Part shown: one piece after another, positions 10,132-19,263 of the stretch
Numbering within the stretch: position 1 is the first letter of the stretch
How the letters are laid out: each line of letters begins with the position of its first letter
Origin: Patescibacteria group bacterium
Lineage (GTDB): Bacteria; Patescibacteriota; Microgenomatia; UBA10105; UBA927
Assembly: GCA_041753515.1 (NCBI GenBank)
Contig: JBGSUE010000040.1
Span: 8,290 to 72,289 of the forward strand
DNA length: 64,000 nt
Direction of reading: 5' to 3'
Translations under genes and position numbers: made by a program
Notes under the pieces: model-generated
Told to the model about the DNA's origin: nothing
Database searches by the model: none
What the model saw: the letters and a program-made list of their open reading frames with translations, nothing else

Positions 10132-10246
10132 ACCCATCTTACTCAGGTTTGCAGCTCCGATGGAGCAAAAAGCTGATTACCTGCCTGCCGGCAGGCAGGG
10201 ATGGGTGGATACTAAAAAACTGCATACATACCTGAGTTTTTTTAGT
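10132..10246. repeat. Composite structured intergenic element containing palindrome CCTGCCTGCCGGCAGGCAGG (10180-10199)
   Basis: Inverted pairs ACCCATC/GATGGGT, ACTCAGGT..TGCAG/CTGCA..ACCTGAGT and ATACTAAAAAACT/AGTTTTTTTAGTAT. Confidence 0.65.
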
Positions 10247-10284
10247 ATACATGTTTTCAATTCGTAATTCGTAATTCATAATTG

Positions 10285-11037
10285 TTAATTTTCTCTTACT
10301 TCACCCTGTTTTGTAATCAACCGGCGCCACAGACCAAAAAGACTTTGCATATAATCAATCGTATCAGGTATCAGATTCACGGTCGAGCGTTTATCGATCC
10401 TGCGCAGGAATAAAACCGGCACTTCCCTGATGCGAAGATTCGCAGCTCTGGCAAACACCATAATCTCCGTATCCCAAAACCAGTGTGCATGCCGGGTTTT
10501 CGTCAGAACCGGCAAGATTTTTTTCCTGTTGAAGAATTTATAACCGCTTTCCGTATCCATTTTATTGGTTCCCACCATCTTGTCTGAAAGATACCGGTAT
10601 CCGACGCTCGCAATTTCGCGGATGATCGAATGGATATTCGTACGGTATACCCGTGTTCCGATCACTACATCTGCGTCATCATTCATGATGATACGGACAA
10701 TCTGTGGGATATAAACAGGCGATACTTCAAGATCGATATCGATATATCCTGCAACTGTTGCGCGCGAAGCCCTGATACCATCCATGACTGTTCTTCCCCG
10801 CCCCATGTTTTTTTTGTGGAAAAGTGCTTTCCAGTTTTTATGGATTTTGAGCTCATGCCTGATAAGTTCAGGAGTGGAATCAGTTGAGGCATCGTCCACA
10901 AATATGATCTGCCACCTGAATCCTACATCGGATAAAACGCTTTCGATCGTCCGGACACTCTGGACAAAATGTCCTTCCTCGTGATATGTGGGAAGAATGA
11001 GGGAAAAATCGAACCGCGTGGACCGTTTTTTCTTCAT
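10285..11037 (-). CDS. GT2, DPM1/Alg5-like polyprenol-phosphate-sugar synthase
   Basis: SLILPTYHEE, FVDDASTD, NMGRG, YIDIDLE, DTESGYKFF, WFWDTEI, REVPV. Confidence 0.9.
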   Translation of the reverse strand: MKKKRSTRFDFSLILPTYHEEGHFVQSVRTIESVLSDVGFRWQIIFVDDASTDSTPELIRHELKIHKNWKALFHKKNMGRGRTVMDGIRASRATVAGYIDIDLEVSPVYIPQIVRIIMNDDADVVIGTRVYRTNIHSIIREIASVGYRYLSDKMVGTNKMDTESGYKFFNRKKILPVLTKTRHAHWFWDTEIMVFARAANLRIREVPVLFLRRIDKRSTVNLIPDTIDYMQSLFGLWRRLITKQGEVREN

Positions 11038-11096
11038 ATAATAGCTTTCTATGGTACTCTAAAAACCTATAATATGCAATTTCTTTATCATTGCCT

Positions 11097-11177
11097 GTCA
11101 TTCTGAGCCCCCGAGCACTAGAGGCGAAGAATCTCATCATGTCCAATAAATAGATTCTTCACTTCGTTCAGAATGAC
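11097..11177. repeat. TGTC-tagged palindromic element 1
   Basis: GTCATTCTGAG..GAAGAATCT..AGATTCTTC..TTCAGAATGAC, abutting the stop of the 11177 gene. Confidence 0.9.
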
Positions 11178-12592
11178 TATAATCGTTTCAACAATGTCTC
11201 ATCACCATCGACGGGTTCATAGCGTGCGTAAATATACTGCTGCCATGCCCATGGAAGCGTACTCACCCTTTTCAAACCACTCTGATAAATATACGGGACA
11301 CGATTTTCCTCAAGAATACGGGGCAAATCCGGCAAAGGACGGGAGAGATATCCGGCAAACTGCCCGAACGGGATACAGCAGGCATAATACGCGTCCGGGT
11401 TGTACAGAAATACACCTGTTAGATCCAAAATCTGCTCGTCTTTTGGTACGTCTCTGTAATATTCTTCCACCTGTTTGATAAAATCAGCATTGGTCCAGGC
11501 TTGTTTCGGAATTGTTACCTCATTAAAAACTGATACCAAAAACAACGCGAGAACGGCAAAAAGTGGTAAAAATATTATTTTTGGTATACGGATACTCAGA
11601 TACAAAACAAAATCGGCAGCATACCACGCGATAAACACACCTATCGGGATTAAATACTGGGCATGTTTGAGAGGTGCAAACTGGACAAAAAAGATGATTT
11701 GTGCCCACATCTGAAGGCTGATAAGTACTTCCGATTTCGATTTTGCCGATATCAGGCGATAGACGGAAAAGAGAAGGGCAAGTACCCATATGCTGTGATT
11801 GACAAGTAGCCCCCTGTTCCACCCGTCCACGCCATAATAGATACTGTTGGGATAAAAAAACAGGTCCTGCATCATGATAAACGTCTGACTTATTTTGTTG
11901 GCTTCAACCGGTAACTTGAACAGTGAATAAAATACCAATGGAAAATTTCCAAGCGTTAAAACCCAAATCCCAAATACTGCCATCGGAATCGTCATGCCCA
12001 TTATGAAAGGTTTCAGTTTCCTGCTCAATACTGCCATACCAAATCCTATGGCAATATTAGGCACCATTTTGGGCAAAACCAGATACGACAGAGCATACAA
12101 CGCCCCCGACACCATATGTTTCTTTTTTATCTGAAAATAGATAGCAGCCAATAAAAGAAGTGTTGCCAGGTTATCCGGCCGGATTTCCAGATACTTGTCA
12201 AACGGAAGAGGCAGAAATGCCAGAAGTGCGGCGGCAAGAACAGCTCCCCAGACACTTTTTCTCACCTCCCAAAAAATCATACCGGACATGACACACATCA
12301 TGGCAAATATCCAGAACGTCATGATCCGTGCCGTGATGAAAGGCTGGACTGTTCCCCATCCGGGCACGAGAGCAGAAATCAGGCTTACGGCATATCCGGG
12401 TGGAAAAAACGTGAGGAATTCGATATACGGTTTTTTTCCCTCCATCATTTTTGCAGCCCAGTGGAGGTGCGCAAACTCATCGGCATCAAAATAACGTGTC
12501 AAACCCAAACGGTAATGATACGAGAGAAAGTACAGAAAAAGAAATCCAGTAGCGACGAATAGTATTATCCGGTATATCTGTGTGGATTTCAT
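11177..12592 (-). CDS. GT-C (ArnT/PMT-like) membrane glycosyltransferase, 'FDxDE..H.HW' type (start corrected to 12592)
   Basis: YFDADEFAHLHW acidic loop after TM1, EIRPD, multiple TMs. Paralog of 57056..58714 (shared FD.DE..H.HW, IRPD and CC.P). Confidence 0.8.
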   Translation of the reverse strand: MKSTQIYRIILFVATGFLFLYFLSYHYRLGLTRYFDADEFAHLHWAAKMMEGKKPYIEFLTFFPPGYAVSLISALVPGWGTVQPFITARIMTFWIFAMMCVMSGMIFWEVRKSVWGAVLAAALLAFLPLPFDKYLEIRPDNLATLLLLAAIYFQIKKKHMVSGALYALSYLVLPKMVPNIAIGFGMAVLSRKLKPFIMGMTIPMAVFGIWVLTLGNFPLVFYSLFKLPVEANKISQTFIMMQDLFFYPNSIYYGVDGWNRGLLVNHSIWVLALLFSVYRLISAKSKSEVLISLQMWAQIIFFVQFAPLKHAQYLIPIGVFIAWYAADFVLYLSIRIPKIIFLPLFAVLALFLVSVFNEVTIPKQAWTNADFIKQVEEYYRDVPKDEQILDLTGVFLYNPDAYYACCIPFGQFAGYLSRPLPDLPRILEENRVPYIYQSGLKRVSTLPWAWQQYIYARYEPVDGDETLLKRL

Positions 12593-12611
12593 AGATAGAT
12601 GATACCGGAGT

Positions 12612-13064
12612 GTGCTATACTTTTCCAGCTTGTCCAAAGGTCGAACCGTCGACGCCCTTTTACATCCCCCAGAATGGAGAAAAAATGAAAACATCGAGTT
12701 GTTCGTACTGAGAATTGCAGAATGGGCACTCATCGCCCTGTCCGTAACCGGCACACTGCTGGGCGCAGCAACACTGTTCTCGCCCCAATCGGCGCCATGG
12801 GGTCCGATCACTGTCATCACCGGACTCATTCTGAATACGGTATTGGTGATTCATGCATGGCGCGCAAAGAGAGAACCTGTCCGGCAGTTTCATCCGTACC
12901 TATATCTGGTAGCCGTGATCCTCTTTTGCGTATTCGTCGGCTATTGGATTCTCACAGGGCTGATGGGTGAAGCGCTCTTCTCATACATGACGTTAGTATT
13001 GGCGATGGCGCTTCATGTCATCCGGCTGTCCACACCCCGGCTCAGAGCCCACTGGGCAAATTGA
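12612..13064 (+). CDS. Small four-TM hypothetical membrane protein (start uncertain)
   Basis: Hydrophobic ORF. The real start may be TTG at 12699, or ATG at 12674 with an A-run indel. Confidence 0.6.
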   Translation: MLYFSSLSKGRTVDALLHPPEWRKNENIELFVLRIAEWALIALSVTGTLLGAATLFSPQSAPWGPITVITGLILNTVLVIHAWRAKREPVRQFHPYLYLVAVILFCVFVGYWILTGLMGEALFSYMTLVLAMALHVIRLSTPRLRAHWAN

Positions 13065-13188
13065 TTAGAAATTGGTGTGATCTGCCCATGCGATGGTTTT
13101 TTCAACAGAAAAAATTGGGGAATAAAATCGTGTGGGTATTTTTCAGGTTTTTTAATAAATGCCTGAAATATTCCCACACGGATTCATC

Positions 13189-13248
13189 AAAATAAAATCC
13201 CTTCCGTTCAGGCAATAAGCTTGAGAAGAAGGGGTTTTATTTTTATTT
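13189..13248 (+). terminator. Long hairpin followed by a T-rich run; candidate terminator
   Basis: AAAATAAAATCCCTTC..TCAGGC-aataa-GCTTGA..GAAGGGGTTTTATTTT, preceded by a second hairpin at 13129-13180. Confidence 0.45.
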
Positions 13249-13253
13249 CTCTC

Positions 13254-13281
13254 CTCCTCATACATCGATGTATTGGGAGTA
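13254..13281. repeat. Palindromic site L bounding the kinase cassette
   Basis: CTCCTCATACATCGATGTATTGGGAGTA, an inverted copy of the site at 14938. Confidence 0.85.
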
Positions 13282-13348
13282 AATTCAACTGAATGAAGAT
13301 TTAAAGTTTGTCTCCATACTCACAATTACATATAATAGTTTTCAACAT

Positions 13349-14242
13349 ATGCCTGAAATATCACCGCAAACACAACAACTTCTGAAGGAATACACCGGCG
13401 GCATACCCAGGGATTCAAAAATTATCTCCGATAACAGCGCCACAGGTATCATCTCGGTATTGGAATACACATCCGGTAAACTTGCCGTAAAAAAAGCAAA
13501 AGAGCCTGATTTGCCAACCCGGGATGAAAATAGAATACTTGTAAGACGGGAAGCAAAAAATCTCGACGCAATATCCACAACCAAATATGCAAAAAATGTT
13601 CCATACGTTGCCGATGTGAAAGACGATGAAAAAGGCGTGAGTATTGTTATGGAGTATCTGGATGGTTATAAGAATCTGGATGAACAGATCAACTCCTATC
13701 CCCCCCTTGAACAACTGCAGATACTTTCACAAGCCAAACAGATCCTGGATGGTATTCAGGCTGATGCCCACATCACTCACCTTGATTTTAGCTTCGGCAA
13801 TATTATGGTGAAGGGCCTCGGAAAAAACCTGAAATTAAAGATAATTGATTGGGCCCAGGCAGTACCCAATGGTAATAATAAGCAACTCATTCAATCAGAA
13901 CAGTATTTCCTGTCATCAATGAACAAAATTATTCGAGGTGAACCCATACTCAGCGAAAAAATCCGCACCCTCACCACAGACCTGGAGACTATGACCCCTG
14001 AATCAGCAAAAAAGGCTGTCAACAGCTTCCTTGATCAAGCCAGACAACGGTACGCAACATATGCAACTCATGAACAATCCCGAAAGTTCAATCTGGACGT
14101 GATTGACAGCATCAGTATTTACAACAAATTGACACCAAAAGACACAGTGCAGAAGATTCTGGAATCCATTGAGCAAAAAACTGGAGAATATACAACAATT
14201 CCTGTATTTTACGAAAAAGAGCCTATTCCTGGCTGGACATGA
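13349..14242 (+). CDS. Ser/Thr protein kinase-like protein
   Basis: LAVKK (VAIK), REAKNL (alphaC Glu), IVMEYLDG, HLDFSFGNIMV (catalytic loop), IIDWAQA (DFG equivalent). Confidence 0.85.
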   Translation: MPEISPQTQQLLKEYTGGIPRDSKIISDNSATGIISVLEYTSGKLAVKKAKEPDLPTRDENRILVRREAKNLDAISTTKYAKNVPYVADVKDDEKGVSIVMEYLDGYKNLDEQINSYPPLEQLQILSQAKQILDGIQADAHITHLDFSFGNIMVKGLGKNLKLKIIDWAQAVPNGNNKQLIQSEQYFLSSMNKIIRGEPILSEKIRTLTTDLETMTPESAKKAVNSFLDQARQRYATYATHEQSRKFNLDVIDSISIYNKLTPKDTVQKILESIEQKTGEYTTIPVFYEKEPIPGWT

Positions 14243-14925
14243 TGAGTGCTTCTGATCGTTTAAAACTGCTGGACGATATGGCCGGTGCTATGCAGGATAT
14301 TCACGATAACGGATTCGGATTTGAAGATTTCGGCATGCACCGTTTTGTCATTGAAATACCAAAAAAAGAGCAGGGAACGGTACAGACACATCTTATCGAT
14401 TATTCCGGCGCTATCCATCATCCATCCGAAGAAATCCTTGCAGATTCCCAATCATACCTCCGCCACACAGCATTCCATATCCTGACTCGTTCGGCAAACC
14501 ACATTCCTCCGGAAACATTTCGGGAAGTGGCTTTGATATTCGATGAACAGATTCCGTACAGGGATGCACTGGCACGCATACGCAAAGCAATCCAAACTGA
14601 CCGTACTCATACATACTGGGAAAAAGACGATCCCGATCCCATACCGATATCCTTTCTAGACAAGGCATATAATCTGCAGGATTTACACAGAAATGGATTT
14701 ATCTATCCACACTACCTTCGCAAAGAGACTTTTGCAGGAGGTCCATACGCATATGACGATACACTCCCGTCGCCCAGCTTGGAATCAATTAAAGAAACGA
14801 ATCTTGAGGATTTAGGATATTTTACGATATCAGAAATCAAAAACAGCCCTGTTATTAACCCTAAACTCGCAGACTGGGCAGTACAGCACGTCTACGGTGA
14901 ATCACACACCTACTGGCCTGTTTAA
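14239..14925 (+). CDS. Degenerate kinase C-lobe-like protein, possibly a frameshifted continuation of the upstream kinase
   Basis: AMQDIHDNGFGFEDF..HLIDYSGA resembles alphaE, catalytic loop and DFG. A second echo is LQDLHRNGFIY. ATGA overlap with the kinase. Confidence 0.55.
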   Translation: MMSASDRLKLLDDMAGAMQDIHDNGFGFEDFGMHRFVIEIPKKEQGTVQTHLIDYSGAIHHPSEEILADSQSYLRHTAFHILTRSANHIPPETFREVALIFDEQIPYRDALARIRKAIQTDRTHTYWEKDDPDPIPISFLDKAYNLQDLHRNGFIYPHYLRKETFAGGPYAYDDTLPSPSLESIKETNLEDLGYFTISEIKNSPVINPKLADWAVQHVYGESHTYWPV

Positions 14926-14937
14926 CACTCTTTCATC

Positions 14938-14966
14938 TACTCCCAATACATCGATGTATAGGGAGT
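14938..14966. repeat. Palindromic site R bounding the kinase cassette
   Basis: TACTCCCAATACATCGATGTATAGGGAGT, with 22 nt identical to the reverse complement of site L. Confidence 0.85.
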
Positions 14967-14989
14967 TAATTATCCACTAATCTATAATC

Positions 14990-15038
14990 TGTACAGAATA
15001 CTTGACAAAATAATGTACGTTTTGTATACTCTATTCAT
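14990..15038 (+). promoter_or_regulatory. Sigma70 promoter and likely operator of the Phd-PIN operon
   Basis: TTGACA (15002-15007), 17 nt spacer, TATACT (15025-15030), ATG 8 nt later. TGTAC half-sites resemble Phd/YefM operators. Confidence 0.8.
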
Positions 15039-15311
15039 ATGCAGCTCCAACCATCCCAATTCATTCCGATAACCGAAGCAAGAACGAGAATTTCTGAACT
15101 TACAAAATCCGTTGAAGGAGACACGTATGTTGTACTGACAAAAGGTGGGAAACCCAAAGCTGCACTGGTTGATATTGCCTATTTACAACGTTTGCAGAAT
15201 GATCTCTCCAAACTCTATAAAAAAACTTATATCGACCCAGTACTTCTTCCGATTACCCGTCAATTTTCCGATAGTGAAATACAAGAGTGGGAAAAAGAGG
15301 ATCAGCTATAA
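15039..15311 (+). CDS. Phd/YefM family antitoxin
   Basis: IPITEARTRISEL..V....YVVLTKGGKPKAALV. Confidence 0.9.
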   Translation: MQLQPSQFIPITEARTRISELTKSVEGDTYVVLTKGGKPKAALVDIAYLQRLQNDLSKLYKKTYIDPVLLPITRQFSDSEIQEWEKEDQL

Positions 15312-15317
15312 AAATGT

Positions 15318-15785
15318 ATGAAACAGGCGTTTCTCGATTCAAGCGTCCTGTTTACAGCCGTCAACTCCCCAACCGGCGGATCAGCCAAACTGTTTACTCT
15401 CCCAATTCAGCTTGTCACATCAACGTTTGTGTTGACAGAAGTCGAACGAAATGTCCGGGAAAAACTGCTCTCTCATCATCTGGACCGGTATTTCATACTT
15501 GTTAAACAAATGAAGATCGTGGAGGGTAAATCGGATACTAAACTGATTGAAAAAGCCAAAAAAGTCATTGTCGAAAAAGACTCACTTGTTCTTGCAGATG
15601 CCAAACTGTCACATGCTGAGTATCTGATCACTCTGGATCTCAAGTACTTCTTCACTCCACAAGCCCAAAAATTTCTCAAACCCACCCTCATCCTCACCCC
15701 AAAATGCTCATTGAAAAAATTTCCTGACTGTTTTAACGACCGTTTCGGTTTCGGAGTCAGTCAGTTCAGGAAACAGCGGCAGTGA
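15318..15785 (+). CDS. PIN-domain (VapC-like) toxin; C-terminus probably frameshifted, true stop ~15727
   Basis: AFLDSSVL, TSTFVLTEV, KDSLVLADA, YLITLD.KYF, ILTP. Confidence 0.88.
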   Translation: MKQAFLDSSVLFTAVNSPTGGSAKLFTLPIQLVTSTFVLTEVERNVREKLLSHHLDRYFILVKQMKIVEGKSDTKLIEKAKKVIVEKDSLVLADAKLSHAEYLITLDLKYFFTPQAQKFLKPTLILTPKCSLKKFPDCFNDRFGFGVSQFRKQRQ

Positions 15786-16814
15786 TAAAACTTCCCTGCT
15801 CTGTGCTTCAGACTCGGGGAAGTCGCCTTTTTTGTAGCCTAAATATGCAAATGCTTTCGTCAGGTGGACCGGGACGGGATAATGGACGGCACAGCCAACA
15901 CCATGATCCAAAAGATGTTTCATGAGCTTATCTCGTTTCTTTGTGCGTACAACATAAAGATGATGACTGGATTTGGAGGAAGGTGAAAGGTGAAAGGTAA
16001 AAGGTGAAAGGTCTCCGATATTTGATAATTCCCGGTCATAAAACGAAGCAATTTCCTTCCGTCGTCTATTCCATGCATCCAGATGCCGGAGCTTGATGGA
16101 AAGAATTGCCGCCTGCAGTTCATCCAACCGTGAGACGCCTGATACAACTTCACTTTGGTATCGTGCTTTCTCCCCGTACTGCCGCAGCATTTTTACGCGG
16201 CCGGCTAATGAGGATGAATCCGTCACGATCATTCCCCCGTCCCCCATGGCTCCCAGATTTTTTGACGGATAAAAACTGAAAATTGCCGCGTCTCCCAGTG
16301 TCCCAACTTTTTTCCCCTCAATCACTGCTCCATGCGCCTGTGCGGCATCCTCTAGTAGATATATCTTTCTTTTCGCATTATTGAGTATATTTTGTAGACC
16401 GATAATATCTGCCGGATTGCCATACAGGTGTACCGGAATCACGGCTTTTGTCTTTTCCGTCACACGCTTCGCCAGATCATCGGCAGACATGTTTCCGTCC
16501 GGTCCGCAATCTGCCAACCGTATTGCAGCACCGGAAAGAGCTACCCCAAACGCATTGGGGTATGCATTGGCAGGGATGACAACCTCATCACCAGGCATAA
16601 GTCCGAACGCTTTCAGTACCAACGTGAGGGCATCCGTCCCGCTGGCCACCCCTATTGCATGATAGCTGCCCAGATAATCGGCAAACTCATCTTCAAACAT
16701 TTTCACTCGTGGCCCCAATGTAAAGTACCCATTCTCCATGACCGTATGGACTGCGGATTTCAACTCTGTTTCGATACTTTTATACTGTCTGGTTAATTCA
16801 AATATTGGAATCAT
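15708..16814 (-). CDS. DegT/DnrJ/EryC1 family aminotransferase (FdtB/WbpE-like, C3-amino sugar)
   Basis: GVASGTDAL, PVHLYG, EDAAQAHGA, FSFYPSKNLGAMGDGG, SRLDELQAA. Confidence 0.93.
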   Translation of the reverse strand: MIPIFELTRQYKSIETELKSAVHTVMENGYFTLGPRVKMFEDEFADYLGSYHAIGVASGTDALTLVLKAFGLMPGDEVVIPANAYPNAFGVALSGAAIRLADCGPDGNMSADDLAKRVTEKTKAVIPVHLYGNPADIIGLQNILNNAKRKIYLLEDAAQAHGAVIEGKKVGTLGDAAIFSFYPSKNLGAMGDGGMIVTDSSSLAGRVKMLRQYGEKARYQSEVVSGVSRLDELQAAILSIKLRHLDAWNRRRKEIASFYDRELSNIGDLSPFTFHLSPSSKSSHHLYVVRTKKRDKLMKHLLDHGVGCAVHYPVPVHLTKAFAYLGYKKGDFPESEAQSREVLSLPLFPELTDSETETVVKTVRKFFQ

Positions 16815-16821
16815 AATGGTC

Positions 16822-16883
16822 TGTCATTCTGAACAAAGTGAAGAATCTATTCACTAGATCCTTCGCTCACGCTCAGGATGACA
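16822..16883. repeat. TGTC-tagged palindromic element 2
   Basis: TGTCATTCTGAACAAAGTGAAGAATCT..AGATCCTTCGCTCACGCTCAGGATGACA. It supplies the stop codon of the GT2 gene. Confidence 0.9.
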
Positions 16884-17562
16884 AACGGTACAGTATCATA
16901 TCAATAATCGTCGGAATGATGGTTCTAAGGCTTCCTCCCCCCGCCCCTTCCTCATCGGTCCGGGCTTTGTGGGCAATCGTTGTTTCCGCCACACGAAAAC
17001 CGGCACGGACCGCATCGATAATCATCTCCGCATCCACAAATGCGGAACGGGTTGAAAGATCAATCGAATCAATGACTTGTTTTTTTACGAGCCGGATGGA
17101 ATTGACGTCATGAATACTGATCCCGTAGAAGAATTTAAGAAGTGTATTGTAAATTTTCGACTGCCGCAAACGCGTTTCCGGATCCCTGCGGTTCACCCGC
17201 CAGCCGATAATCAAATCTGCATCACCTACAAGTTGTGCCAATGTTTGCAGTTCTTTGGGGTCCAGCTGTCCGTCACCGGGAACGGTAAACAGCCACTCAT
17301 ACCGTCAGGTTTTATAGAGTTCCTGTATGGTTCCCCCATACCCCTGATTCACCGTATGGGTTAAAACAGTAAGTTGTGGGTATTTCTTTAAAAGATTATT
17401 CAATACATCGCCCGTTCCGTCACGGCTTGCATCATTTATCACCATGATTTCGTATGTCCTGGTAATTTTTTTGGCAATAGTATCTGCTTTTAAAATTACT
17501 GATGCAACAGTCTCTTCATCATTGTATGCAGGTATGAGGATTGATACGGACGGAAAACGCAT
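16873..17562 (-). pseudogene. GT2 DPM1-like synthase interrupted by one in-frame TGA (17305-17307)
   Basis: Both ORF-track pieces share a frame: ..NQGYGGTIQELYKT*RYEWLFTVPGDGQLDP.. (DGQ motif) continues to DVNSIRL and DAEMII. Confidence 0.8.
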
Positions 17563-17619
17563 AGGATATTTTCCATATGATATCATGCTGATGATATATG
17601 TGCATGTAACAAGAAATTA

Positions 17620-17704
17620 TGTCATTCTGATCCGCCAGTTGGCGGAGAAGAATCTAGTTTAAAAAATTAGATCCTTCACTCGCCTTCGGCGGTTCAGGAT
17701 GACA
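17620..17704. repeat. TGTC-tagged palindromic element 3, with nested TCCGCCAGTTGGCGGA
   Basis: TGTCATTCTGA..GAAGAATCT..AGATCCTTC..TTCAGGATGACA, ending 2 nt before a GT-C start. Confidence 0.9.
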
Positions 17705-17706
17705 CA

Positions 17707-19263
17707 ATGAATGTAATTATGAGATTAACGAAAAATTTTATTCTTTTCTTTTTTATCGCCCAGATATACATATTCCTCTCCAATTATCATCTTCTGATTC
17801 TTGCGTCCCATACGCCGCAAGGCGCCAGATTTACGTGGAACCATATTGCCTACTGGTCCATGGACCACAATGTCTACCTGTCTGTCATCAATCAGGGAGC
17901 GCGCGGTGAGTGGCTCATGCGGGATGCGTACACCGCAGAGCCCACACATCCGACGTTTTTCTATTTCTTCTATATACTTCTCGGGAAAATAAGCGGTGCC
18001 CTCAACATCCTGCCTGATACCGCGTATCTGTGGGCTAAACTTATCGGCGTTGAATTTTTTGTCCTGTCTCTGTACTTTCTCAGTAAAAAAATACTGGGAA
18101 AGAATGGCATATGGGCTTCACTTCTTGCACTGTCCATAAGCGCCCTGCCGGTCCTCAACTGGGATACCCGCTACTACCATGAATTCTGGCCCTGGTGGGC
18201 CCGCTTTGATGCAATCCTGCGTCTGGACAACATGCCCCACTACCTCTGGAGCTGGGGACTATTATGCCTCTTTGCCGCCACCTGGTTTTCATATATGAAA
18301 GGAAAAAAAACTTATCTTCTTGTGCTATCTTCTATCTTCTCCCTTCTATCCTCTATGTTCCTCCCCTCGTCCGCCATCCCCATCATCGCGGGTCTGGGCG
18401 TCCTGTGGCTGCTATCCAAAAAACACCGCACCGGCACAGCTTTTTTTGTAGCAGCAATCGTCGCCATTCCGCTCCTATTAACCTACCGGGAAAAATTCAA
18501 CGGTTTTCCATGGACTGAGTGGTACCTATTTGAACTTGACACATGGAACCGCCAGGCAACCCATTTCAATATCGAATTTTTGCTTTCAGCCGGATTATTA
18601 CCAATCCTGGCATTGGTCGGCATACGGAAAAATAATCCTTCCTCCATTTTTCTGGCAGTGTGGGCTTTCCTACCCTTTTTTCTTCTCCCTTTCTCCTCAC
18701 TCCTGGGGCTCTCCAAATACCGCCTGGCATCAACCGGCGTCTTTATCCCATTCGCGCTTTTAAGCATTCAGGCTATTCAATATTTCAAAAAAACCGGTGT
18801 TTTGCTGATATGCATCTCTATTGCTTTTTCAATCATCACATCACTTTACATTTTCACCAATCTCAACCGCACCGCCCAAGAATACCCTGTTTACGCAAAC
18901 GTGTATATTCCAAAAGAAATGATGGATATTTTTTCATATCTCAATACGAATGCAGACGCCACCGATGTGATTGTGAGTGACTGGGTCAGCGGTAACCTAT
19001 TCCCTGTTTTTACACCCGTTACGGCATTCACAGGCCACCCTGTCCACACAAGAAACTTTTTCGATAAAACCGCATGGTATGGATCATTGTACCGGGGAGA
19101 ACTGACACAAAAAGACGCGGAAACAAAGCTTGGGGAATACCGGATTACATATATTCTTCACGGACCTGCGGAAAAGAGAATCGGTGTATCGCTGTCAGCA
19201 TATACGTTCCTGAAAAAAGTGTATGTGATGGGAGACTATAAATTATACAAAGTAGAATTATGA
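17707..19263 (+). CDS. GT-C paralog family A member 1
   Basis: DHNVYLSVINQG..G.W....YTAEP, MPHY, about 13 TMs, C-terminal VIVSDWVSGN.FP..T....FTGH..HT and ITYIL. Confidence 0.75.
   Translation: MNVIMRLTKNFILFFFIAQIYIFLSNYHLLILASHTPQGARFTWNHIAYWSMDHNVYLSVINQGARGEWLMRDAYTAEPTHPTFFYFFYILLGKISGALNILPDTAYLWAKLIGVEFFVLSLYFLSKKILGKNGIWASLLALSISALPVLNWDTRYYHEFWPWWARFDAILRLDNMPHYLWSWGLLCLFAATWFSYMKGKKTYLLVLSSIFSLLSSMFLPSSAIPIIAGLGVLWLLSKKHRTGTAFFVAAIVAIPLLLTYREKFNGFPWTEWYLFELDTWNRQATHFNIEFLLSAGLLPILALVGIRKNNPSSIFLAVWAFLPFFLLPFSSLLGLSKYRLASTGVFIPFALLSIQAIQYFKKTGVLLICISIAFSIITSLYIFTNLNRTAQEYPVYANVYIPKEMMDIFSYLNTNADATDVIVSDWVSGNLFPVFTPVTAFTGHPVHTRNFFDKTAWYGSLYRGELTQKDAETKLGEYRITYILHGPAEKRIGVSLSAYTFLKKVYVMGDYKLYKVEL

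Noticed and set aside
16873-17562. Genetic code 25 (TGA=Gly) as the explanation for the internal stop
   Set aside because: No other gene shows internal TGA, and many genes end properly at TGA, including ATGA overlaps.
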